Shown here piece by piece: positions 54,452 to 64,000 of a DNA stretch of 64,000 bases. The DNA is taken from positions 109,368,001-109,432,000 of the forward strand of contig NC_043001.1 of assembly GCF_006345805.1 (NCBI RefSeq). The letters are read 5' to 3'. Numbering within the stretch: the stretch's first letter is position 1; each line of letters starts with the position of its first letter. The notes beneath the pieces are model-generated. The model saw only the letters and a program-made list of their open reading frames with translations, was not told the origin of the DNA and did no database searches. A program made the translations under genes and the position numbers. This DNA comes from Octopus sinensis (lineage: Eukaryota).

Positions 54452-56041
54452 TATTTGTAAAGTTATTTTCATTGTTATCAACTGTCATTATGAATTTATT
54501 AATAACGTTAGAGTCAGAAATTTAAATGTGTTTTTTTTTTCATGTTCTCTATTGGATGTAGCAAAAGCGTGGTGTCGAACTGAAACTAGTTTTGACCAAT
54601 GACACTAATAATGTTGTCTAAAGGTAGATACAAACATATAACAAACAAAACTACTACGTTTAAATTGAATCACGCCATCGTCTGCTTTGAAATTAGCAAA
54701 TACTTTATCATCACGATGCAACAAGACAGAGCGCTGGGCTCTGGGTAGGCGGACAGTATTAAATAACTTGTCAGAAAATATAAGGACAACTCAGTTGGCG
54801 ACTTTGCGCTGTGAGTAAGCGTTTAAATATGTCAAGTCTGTTTGCTTTCTATGTCTTAATTGTTTTTTGTTTTGTATTCGTTACTCATGTGATGGTATAT
54901 CGGTTTGAAATATTCTATTACATTGTCAACAATTATATATGTTGAGCAGGTATCGTCTTAGGTTAGCTAGTGCTTTGTGAACTAAAGTTACATTTAGATC
55001 GAAACAAAATATTGTCGTGTTTCTGCATTTGGGTGGAGAGGATCTCTAAAATATCTGAATAAAGTGAAATATTTCGCTCGAATTCTCGCAGGAATTTTCG
55101 TTATATTCAGAAATCTTCAAATATAAAGAATTGAACTCATCATTTTCATATTATTTTTTCCCTGATGCCGCGTTTTATACGCCCATATTTCATAATTTTT
55201 ATGTTACACATTAGAAATACATATTTCTCTTTTCAATATTTGTTTTTCTTTTTCATTTGTTCTTATTGATGATATTTTTTTCTCATTTTGAATCCACTTG
55301 GTAACTACTTCGCTATTGTAACCACGGAGAGCCAAACCATCGGCCATTATGCAATCCATTGCAACCGTTGTATTAGATAATTGTTATAAATATTTCCTGC
55401 AAAGTTACACTTGAAAGTTTGGGTACATTTTCTATTTGGTTCGAGATATTTTCATCACTATTATTGGAAATATTTGGCGAGCGTGACGACAGCAGAATCG
55501 TTAGAGGGTTTGAAAAAAATGCATTCTCGCCATGGTCACTTTCACTTTTAAGGCCACCCTTCCCTCAAAAACTGCTGGACTTCATTGTTTTATATACCTT
55601 TGAATATGGCTTCCACGAAACAATCTAGTAAGCTATGCAAAGCTTGTTTTGTCTATATTTGCATTTGCACATGCAGAGGAACATATATTAAAAAATAGTT
55701 ACATACGCATAATCTCACTGCTACATATCCACATATACATATCCACATATATCTCCATTAATTGTATATCCTGATTGATGTGCTAAAAATATACTCACAC
55801 ACGCACTTACGTATACATAACATTCTATATATGTGTGTGTAAGCATAATCAGCCGAAATTGCGAGGATAATCTGGTGCTTGACTGAGGAAAGAAAACTTC
55901 GAATGACCCGTCCTTGTTTTCTTTGTATCGTCTATCTGGATATTTTGTTATCCCGTTTTGTATTATATATATATATATATATTTCGTTTTTGGATTTGGT
56001 TTGCAAGATTCTTTATATGAGTTCGTTTGTTGAAGCATATT

Positions 56042-56148
56042 CTGTTGTGTCTGGGTAGGGTCATTTTCTTTTGGGGGCTTATAATGTAACATACTCACCG
56101 GTAAAATATAAGGCACAAAAAGAAAATGACTCTCCCGAGACACAACAG
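56042..56148. repeat. Imperfect inverted repeat (~42-bp arms) in a (TA)n-flanked insert
   Basis: ctgttgtgtctgggtagggtcattttcttttgggggcttata versus tataaggcacaaaaagaaaatgactctcccgagacacaacag. Confidence 0.75.
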
Positions 56149-56244
56149 TATATATATATAAAATATCATATTGTATAAAATTGTATTATATTATAATTTA
56201 TATTTATGCAATATTTAATACGGTTTTCTTTTATATATTTTTAG

Positions 56245-57767
56245 GTAACTGCAATGAAGATACGAATCCATCACAGTCGAAAAGCAAATTGAACGAAAAC
56301 AATGTAGCTGAGCAACACCTTGATAAACGCAGCAGTGGCGAGTACAACCCGCACGATCTGAAAACAATAGTTGCGGCAATTCTTGAACGACAAGAACAAG
56401 GCCAAAAACAATCGTCTGCATTGAGGTCTATGAACGAACTTGCAGGCGATCAGTACAGTGGTGATGCATTATCGCGTGTAGTTCAGCTTCTGAGAAGGTC
56501 TATGCCATCAGATTTCGATGAGTTTGAAAGACGATTAGCACCTGTTCCAAGATTAGGGCGTCTAAAGAAGAGATCTGTGCTCAGTAACCCTAACAAAGAA
56601 GTAGATTATGATGAAAATGAAGCAAATGATAACAACGAGAGCGCTGATAATATACTTTTCCCCCGCCAAATAACCCTCCCACGATATGGAAAAGATGAGG
56701 GATCTGATGCAGCAGATGCCGAACAATATTTGTCATCGGATTGTGAAATCTTTGATGCCTATGGCACATGTGTGCAGTATAAAATACCAAGAGAGAATGT
56801 GAAGAGGCAAGTTAGAATGTTGCGATTAGGAAAGCGTCAGATGCATCCAATAAAAATAGATGATGAAACAGGGATGGGCAAAAGGTCAGAAGATTTTAAC
56901 GTGGATGGAAACTCCGGTGAAAGTAAACGGGCAGTCTCAATGTTGCGTCTTGGAAGAAGTTTCAATGCTGGTGGGGAATCTGAAGAAAATGAAATTCCAG
57001 TTTTCGACGAAGCCAAACGAGCAGTTTCTATGTTACGGCTTGGCCGCAGTGGACCATTCCTTGATAAACGTGCACTTTCAATGCTCCGACTTGGTCGAAG
57101 CGAATTTGATCAGGAAAACACAGCTCTCCCAATAATGTATCCAGGACCAAATGGTTTCGAAAGCAACAAGCGTGCTGTTTCAATGTTGCGCCTCGGTCGC
57201 AGTATGTCTGCTGATGATAAAAGAGCTGTGTCTATGTTACGTCTCGGTCGCAGCGGATTTGATACAATGAAGCGAGCAGTTTCAATGTTACGCCTTGGAA
57301 GAAACAGTGGATATCCATCAGAAAAACGAGCAGTGTCCATGTTGAGATTAGGACGATCAGGATCAGATGAAGACAAGAGAGCAGTGTCTATGTTGCGGTT
57401 AGGACGATCAGGATCAGATGAAGACAAGAGAGCAGTGTCTATGTTGCGGTTAGGACGTAGTGGCGCAGATATAGAAGACGAAAAGCGAGCAGTGTCGATG
57501 TTAAGGCTTGGTCGTGGTGGTGCTGATAATATGAAGAGAGCTGTTTCTATGTTAAGACTAGGTCGAAGTGGAAGTGATGATATGAACACGAAGAGGGCTG
57601 TGTCTATGTTGAGACTCGGACGAAGTGGAAATGACAATGTTGGGGAAGATAAACGTGCCGTCTCTATGTTGCGACTAGGCAGAAGCGACAGCAATGCAAA
57701 TAATAAGCGAGCCATGGCTATGCTACGATTAGGTCGTAGTAATGACACTAGTGCAAAAGAAACCTAA
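56245..57767 (+). CDS. Myomodulin neuropeptide precursor, large terminal coding exon (phase-1 acceptor; signal-peptide exon upstream, not located)
   Basis: The open frame 56181-57767 contains 12x [11 protein letters not shown] plus [18 protein letters not shown] and [10 protein letters not shown], i.e. basic cleavage sites and amidation Gly. MLRLamide is the myomodulin signature. The ORF-track N-terminus ([11 protein letters not shown]...) is intron: a polypyrimidine tract ends in ttttag at 56244 and the exon reads (x)GT AAC TGC AAT GAA = G-N-C-N-E, like the end of a signal peptide. Stop TAA at 57765-57767. Confidence 0.93.
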
Positions 57768-57819
57768 ATTTTGTTGTAATGAACTAATTTATGAAACCTA
57801 AAAACGAGATATATATGTG

Positions 57820-57855
<36 letters not shown>

Positions 57856-57866
57856 CATATATATAA

Positions 57867-57905
<39 letters not shown>

Positions 57906-57978
57906 TGTGTGTGAGTGTGATTGTGTATATATATATATATATGTATACACATATATATATCAATATATATATGTATAC

Positions 57979-58020
<42 letters not shown>

Positions 58021-58295
58021 GTATACTCTGGGTATATACATATATATATTTGTATATGCATAGTATATGCATATGCATAATTGCATTCGAACTTGATACA
58101 AAGTCAATTTGATTTGATTAACAACAGTTTCAAAAGGAAATGGATGCGTAAAGATAATAATTAAAGACCTATGACAATTACCATGCATTTGTTAGTCAAC
58201 AGTATTTTTCGATAACGAAAAATTAAAACTAGTTTAACAATATATATACGCATATATATATATATTGAAAATATGATTTCAACAAAAGGATTGGG

Positions 58296-58358
58296 AATAA
58301 ATTGTTTGTTTATTGTTGGTGATGTTTAAAAATTTCGATTTATTATTCTTCAAATAAA
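58296..58358 (+). terminator. Candidate polyadenylation signals of the myomodulin transcript
   Basis: AATAAA at 58296-58301 followed by GT/T-rich sequence, and AATAAA at 58353-58358 followed by a pyrimidine-rich tract, about 550-600 nt after the stop. AATAAA is common in AT-rich DNA, so this is tentative. Confidence 0.3.
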
Positions 58359-58647
58359 AGATTACCTCCCTTCACTTCTGCCTCTTCAAATTCCTTTCTT
58401 TTATTCTTTAATATTATTTGTACTGTATAGAATGTATCTGATATTTTATTATTAATGGAAGGATTTCGTGAAGTTATTCTTATGTGTATATCATGGAATG
58501 CTAAGGCATTATATTAACAGGTGTATGCTGTTCATATAAAACAAATAATAAATATATACCTGTTAACTGTAATGTCTATCTACATTTCGCGTTGTCCCCA
58601 GAACAAAAGAACGAAGCAACAAAGACAATAAGAAAAAAGGAATATAA

Positions 58648-58807
58648 GGCGCATGCGTTGGTGTGTGGTAAGAAATTTGATTTCGAACTACTTTGTTCCG
58701 AGTTCATTTCCACTATGTGGCACTTCAGACAACCTTCTTCTGCTATAGACTCTAGCCAACGAAGCCTTGAGTTGATTTGGTAAGCGGAAACTAAAGGAAG
58801 TCCGTCG

Positions 58808-58842
<35 letters not shown>

Positions 58843-59063
58843 ATTTGTGTCTCTGTGTGTGTTTGTGTGCTTGTTCCCCATCACAATCACTTGACAACCA
58901 GTGTTGGTGTGTTTACGTCCCTGTGACATAGCAGTTCAGCAAAAATGACCAATAAAACAAGTAGCATGATTTAAAAAATATATCATTTCTTTGACTAAAA
59001 TTCCTGAACGCTCTGCTCCATCATGGTTGCAATTTAATAACTGAAACAAGCAAAAGATGAAAG
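58648..59063 (+). mobile_element. Diverged SINE group A
   Basis: Head, gccttgagttgatttggtaagcggaaac, (TG)n, tail ctgaaacaagcaaaaga. Confidence 0.75.
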
Positions 59064-59269
59064 CTGTAAATGAAAACCAAGCTCAGAGTGGATCGTCATT
59101 TGGATCAGCGGTCCGACATTTTCACATTTTCTCTTACGCTAACCGTGAAACAATTATGAACACTGCAAGATAATATCTCACAAAACAATATTTCTGAACA
59201 CAAGCATCTTTCTGAAAAATAATATAATACAAGGAGTTGTACTTTATTTCGATGAGTTGGGAAATAGCA

Positions 59270-59575
59270 GTTGGGTTCGATTAAATAAGTACCAGTTACG
59301 CACTGGGGTCGATATAATAGACTTAATCCCTTTGTCTGTCCTTGTTTGTCCTCTCTGTGTTTAGCCCCTTGTAGGTAGTAAAGAAATAGGTATTTCGTCT
59401 GCCTCTACGTTCTGAGTTCAATTTCCGCCGAGGTCGACTTTGCTTTTCATTCTTTCGGAGTCCATTAAATAAGTACCAGTTACACATTGGAGTCGATATA
59501 ATCGACTTAATCCGTTTGTCTGTCCTTGTTTGTCCCCTCTGTGTTTAGAACCTTGTTGACAGTAAAGAAAGAAGA
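59270..59575 (+). mobile_element. 5'-truncated dimeric SINE group B
   Basis: Carries the same dimer junction aaagaaataggtatttcg at ~59380-59397. Confidence 0.85.
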
Positions 59576-61721
59576 AATAATTAAGTATCGATAAATATGG
59601 TTTAGAGGTTTTAAGTCAATTGAAATATCGTAAAAACCTCTGTCTAACAACAAGTTTAAATTTCGAAACATTACTTTATTTCTCAGTTTGTTACGAGAAA
59701 TTCATATTTTGGTAACAAATATCGCTTAATTTTATACACTTTACTTGCAATATCGAATTAGTTCCTAGCCGGCTTTTTTCATGAGTTTCATTCGTAATCG
59801 AATTTGACTCGGTGGCATTAGTGTAATTTTTTCTTAATATATTGTGGGAACTTCATCAACGGTGCTTCACTCTTTCGTGGGATTGTAGACAGCATGTCAG
59901 TAAAACTGTTGAGCATTGGTATACAAAAACATTGCTTATATATCCGGCGCAGTGAATCATGTCTTGACTGCATGATTTTTTTTTCGCTTGCTTCATCCAG
60001 ACTGATTCTGCAATATTTACTCCTGTCTTTATAGCTATGCAATATTGTTTGTAGTCAGTGAATTTCTTTTACCATGCTGTCTCAATCATGTTATCCGTTT
60101 CATTGAGATGTTTAATCATGTTTTTACAACAGTCTCTTCGCGCCGTCTGTAGAGGCCTTCACATCTCACAGCTCTGTATCTATGAATCAGCGAGTACCTT
60201 ACAGCGTATTCCGTCCATTGAGAATAATATGACGGAATTCAGCAACTGTAGATGTCATTTGTTATACTGTACATAACTTTAGCCAATACAGTAGGAATGC
60301 GGGAGGCCTATTTATGCCGCTGTCACTTCCTAGTTTGTCTGACGCAACTGTGCCAAGCGAGTATCAGCTGGTGCAGAGTTAGAAAGTGGAGAAGCAAGTT
60401 GTACTAGAAGTTGCTTGACGGTATTCGCCTCAACAGCACGGTACAGTTCAGAAAAGTTTAGGTTACTGCCATTCGACTCTTTTGACTCTCTTTGTCACAT
60501 CCGTCCGACAGACAACGTTTACGTGGCAGGTGTCAATATATATATATAATCAGTGAGGTAGCCATCCCACTTCATATCCAGTGTACATATTACATATGCA
60601 ATACAGGCCTTGTGGCTAAGTACGTAGTGTAACAAGTGCCACAACTTTGATCAAATACACTGGCGATAATAAATTTAAGACCGATGATAAAAGTTCTATT
60701 TCTTACAAAATACAATTATCTTTATCTTTTATACATTATGCAGAATTTATTTCTCTTTCGAATGATGCAGGCAATAACTATTTTTATATAACTTGAAGAA
60801 TTCTAATGCTAAATTAATACAAACGTTTCAAATTTACCGGCAAAATTAATTTAAGACCGTATCGTTATAATTTTATTTAAAGCATAAGATTGTAGCAAAA
60901 TTGAGCAACAAGAACGAAATATATATTAGTACTTTGTGCAATAGCCTTTATTCTTAATAACGGCTGACCAAAACCTCGGCATTGAATTCGCTAAGTGGTT
61001 ACAAAATTCTATGGGTATGCTTTGCAATATTTCATTGATATAATCGAATAATTGTTTTAGATTAGATTATTTTGTAAGAAATAGAACTTTTATCATCAAT
61101 CTTAAAATCTTTATTTTCGCCAGTGTATGATACTAAGGGTCAAATTATTTTTCAGAAAGCAGAAAAGCAGTGTCTGTTAAAGTGTTCAGGTCGATTAGAA
61201 ATTGACACTGTAATTACGATTTAAATTCTCGAAAATTTTCTACAACACGGTCCTATGTCATGTAGTCCTTACATTACAACCAGTGAAACGGAAGAATATT
61301 TATAACAACAGCTCAACTTTTCTTCAATAAATACAGAAGTATTATATGGTTAAAATCTGTAATTAAATTCACAGACAAATCCTTGTTACTTTTCTTCAAT
61401 TCTAGAACTGCAAAATTCTACATCTTCATTGTGTTACTGTATGTTATGAATGAAAAGCAAAATCTCGAGTACCACGAAGTCAATCGTGAATTATTGAATA
61501 TGTTATGAGTATATTGATGACGTAGTTAGGTACAACACAGCAAAATTAAACACATTTCTGGCAGCTGGTACACAAATTTTAGTAAGTTGTAAGGACACCA
61601 TACTTTGTTATGCGACCATAATATACCACAAAGTATAGGCAAAACTATTATATCAATAATGATAGATCTCTATATTTAGTGGCTATTTAAGAAATTGGTT
61701 CTTGGATGGTAATTTGTTGCA

Positions 61722-61770
61722 TGAATACTGATGAAGGTACAAGAAATCCTGAAATATGCATATACACCAA
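61722..61770 (+). ncRNA. Hammerhead-like motif with intact core, weak stem I
   Basis: CTGATGA (61728-61734)-AGG-tacaagaaat-CCT-GAAA-TATGCATA-TA. Stem I pairing is poor. Confidence 0.4.
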
Positions 61771-61995
61771 TTTCTCATTTTTCATTTTCGATCTCATTGT
61801 TGTTTACATTAGACGTATTCGGATACGAAACGTCGTAATAAATCAGTGCTGGATGTAATTTCTACAGAAATTCTGTAGAGATAACCTCACCAGTAAGACT
61901 TGGTTCAGAGATATAAATGATTGAATCGAAACCGTACTTCCTTTCCACGGTAATAATTTTGTCGACCCTTGAACGGTAAAATGTAAACAAACGAA

Positions 61996-62158
61996 GGCGT
62001 GGCTGTTTGGTAAGAAGCTTGCTTACCAAACACATGGTTCCCGATTAAGCCCCACTGCGTGGCACCTTGGGAAGAGTCCTCTGCTATAGAGCGTCGGGCC
62101 GACCAAAGCCTTGTGAGTGGATTTGGTGGATGGAAACTAAAAGAAACCCGTTTTGTGC

Positions 62159-62198
<40 letters not shown>

Positions 62199-62425
62199 TG
62201 TGTGTGTGTGTGTATGCGTGTGTGTGCGTTTTTGTGTTCGTATTTGCGCTTCTCCCCATCACTTGACAACAGATGTCGGTGTATTTATGTCCCCAATTCT
62301 TAACGGTTCCGCAAAAGCGACCGATAAAATAAGAATAAGTCCTGGGCTCGATTTGTTCGACTGAAGGCAGTGCTCCAGCATGGCCGCAGTTAAATGACCG
62401 AAACGTATAAAAGAGTAAAAGAGTA
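61996..62425 (+). mobile_element. SINE group A
   Basis: Head, (TG)n centre, (gtaaaaga)n tail. Confidence 0.85.
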
Positions 62426-63274
62426 AACGCAAGTAGACAGAGCCCTGTATTAATTCTTTCCAAGCGTTTGTTTTGAGATTCTTGATAACCCCAAAAATTC
62501 GTTAGTTTATCGCAGAATCCGTCAGTTTACCGTAAGATAATACATAATCAATTAAGAATTAAATGCTACAGATTGCAATATATTCGATTTAATTCATTAT
62601 TAATTCTTCCAATGTTCTCTGCGTCAGACTATGTGCCGTTGAATGAAGAGCAGGACACTAAACCTCAGCCTATAGGGGGCGCTAATGATATTGCTAGGAT
62701 TCCAGATTACTTGGTTGTTCGCCTTCTATAAACTAAATTTTAATTACGTATATTTAAGAGAAGGATTATATAGGGATAACTGCTTATTCCTACTTAGAAA
62801 CTGAAACCCGGAATTTAAAGAGCTCAAAATGGATCTACATCTCTTTAAACATCGTGGATTTACCATTACCAGAACATCAAATGTTAATTCGGTTACCTTC
62901 TTAAATGTAATTCTTAAGCAAACCACGTGTAGCAAGCGGAATGAAACACTTAAATGCTATATGAATAATCTAAACATTTACGAAATATCTAAATTGATTT
63001 AGTTAATAACGAAATATTTAACGTAGCTGTAACGAATATATTTATAGCCATTTTGTTTCTTATGGCAGGATTCTAAATAGAAGTAAATTCAATATGAAAA
63101 GTAAACAGAATGAAGAAGAAACCACGTTTACGGGTTTATTCCATAAAACCAATTAGGGTTGAAAAGTTAGGGTTGAAATCCTCTTTCATTTTCTCAACAA
63201 ACAGTTCACGCAAATTATGATGAGAGAATTTTAATAAATGAATAAAATAATGTCAATCTTTCATATCCCGCTAT

Positions 63275-63482
63275 TCTTTTTCTTTTTTCAGTCATTTGAC
63301 TGAGGCCATGCTGGAGCGCCGCCTTTAGTCGAACAAATCGATACCTCAGGACATATTCATTTTAGGCATAGTATTTATTCTATCGGTCTCTTTTGCCGAA
63401 CCACTAAGTTACGGGGACATAAGCACACCAGCATCGGTTGTCAAGGGATGTTGGAAGGACAATACAATCACACAAACGTACA

Positions 63483-63558
<76 letters not shown>

Positions 63559-63721
63559 CGACGGGCTTCTTTCAGTTTCCGCCTACCAAATCCACTCACA
63601 GGTCGTTGGTCGGCTCGAGGCTATAGTAGAAGACACTTGCCCAAGGTGCCACGCAGTGGGACTGAACCCGGGACAATGTGGTTGGGAAGCGCACTTCTTA
63701 CTACACAGCCACTTCTGCGCC
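63275..63721 (-). mobile_element. SINE group A, full length
   Basis: Reverse-complement copy ending cagccacttctgcgcc. Confidence 0.88.
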
Positions 63722-64000
63722 TATATAATATGTATGTACTGTGTGTAGTTGAAATGTAGCCACAACATAAACTTATTTGAGTTAAGAAATTCGTCAGATA
63801 CACTAACTCAATCACTACCCATCAACTTGCTTGTCTACATTTAACCTTAGAAAATTCACAGCCAATTTGTCAATTCTATTAAACGTTCTCACTTGCATGC
63901 TATATTCGGTCCGAGAAATATTTTCTGTGGCATAAGCCAATTATATTCTTCGTCAACCTATATCCTATTTATAGGAAGCATTTCCGTTGAAACCTTTATG

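Noticed and set aside
54829-54945. Hydrophobic ORF MSSLFAFYVLIVFCFVFVTHVM as the signal-peptide exon
   Set aside because: The plausible GT donors at its end are phase 0, which does not fit the phase-1 acceptor at 56244, and T-rich DNA gives hydrophobic reads by chance. Not fully excluded if another acceptor is used.
56181-56244. N-terminus of the 528-aa ORF as a signal peptide
   Set aside because: It starts at TTG and is AT-rich sequence ending in a polypyrimidine tract and AG, i.e. intron read in frame.
56925-57740. CRISPR-like repeat-spacer array
   Set aside because: The repeats are conserved at the protein level with synonymous variation, and the context is eukaryotic with no cas genes.
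57110-57748. 212-aa antisense ORF
   Set aside because: Shadow of the repetitive myomodulin frame, with no independent coding signal.
59990-60300. Possible very old RTE reverse-transcriptase fragment on the minus strand
   Set aside because: Only a vague motif resemblance with many disruptions; it cannot be supported without a profile search.

Overview
AT-rich, microsatellite-dense eukaryotic DNA, most consistent with a coleoid cephalopod, probably Octopus (inferred from the SINE types and the peptide sequence, not from a search). The only convincing host gene is the large terminal coding exon of a myomodulin neuropeptide precursor (+, 56245-57767). It encodes 15 MLRL-amide peptides (12 of them AVSMLRLa), PRL-/PRY-amide peptides and a Cys-loop spacer. 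Its signal-peptide exon could not be located with confidence. The rest is repeat landscape: dozens of tRNA-derived SINE copies and fragments in three modular groups (including a dimer bounded by a TSD), mariner relics and MITEs, a GG-terminal MITE with an 8-bp TSD and internal TTAGGG repeats, RTE-type LINE fragments and Penelope-like relics. The most unusual structural theme is a set of short inserts in or beside (TA)n tracts that form long hairpins and/or carry minimal hammerhead-ribozyme motifs; in one case the hairpin loop is exactly the ribozyme core. Nearly all other ORFs in the supplied track are microsatellite or SINE noise. Repeat boundaries were read by eye and are approximate unless TSDs or TIRs are quoted.
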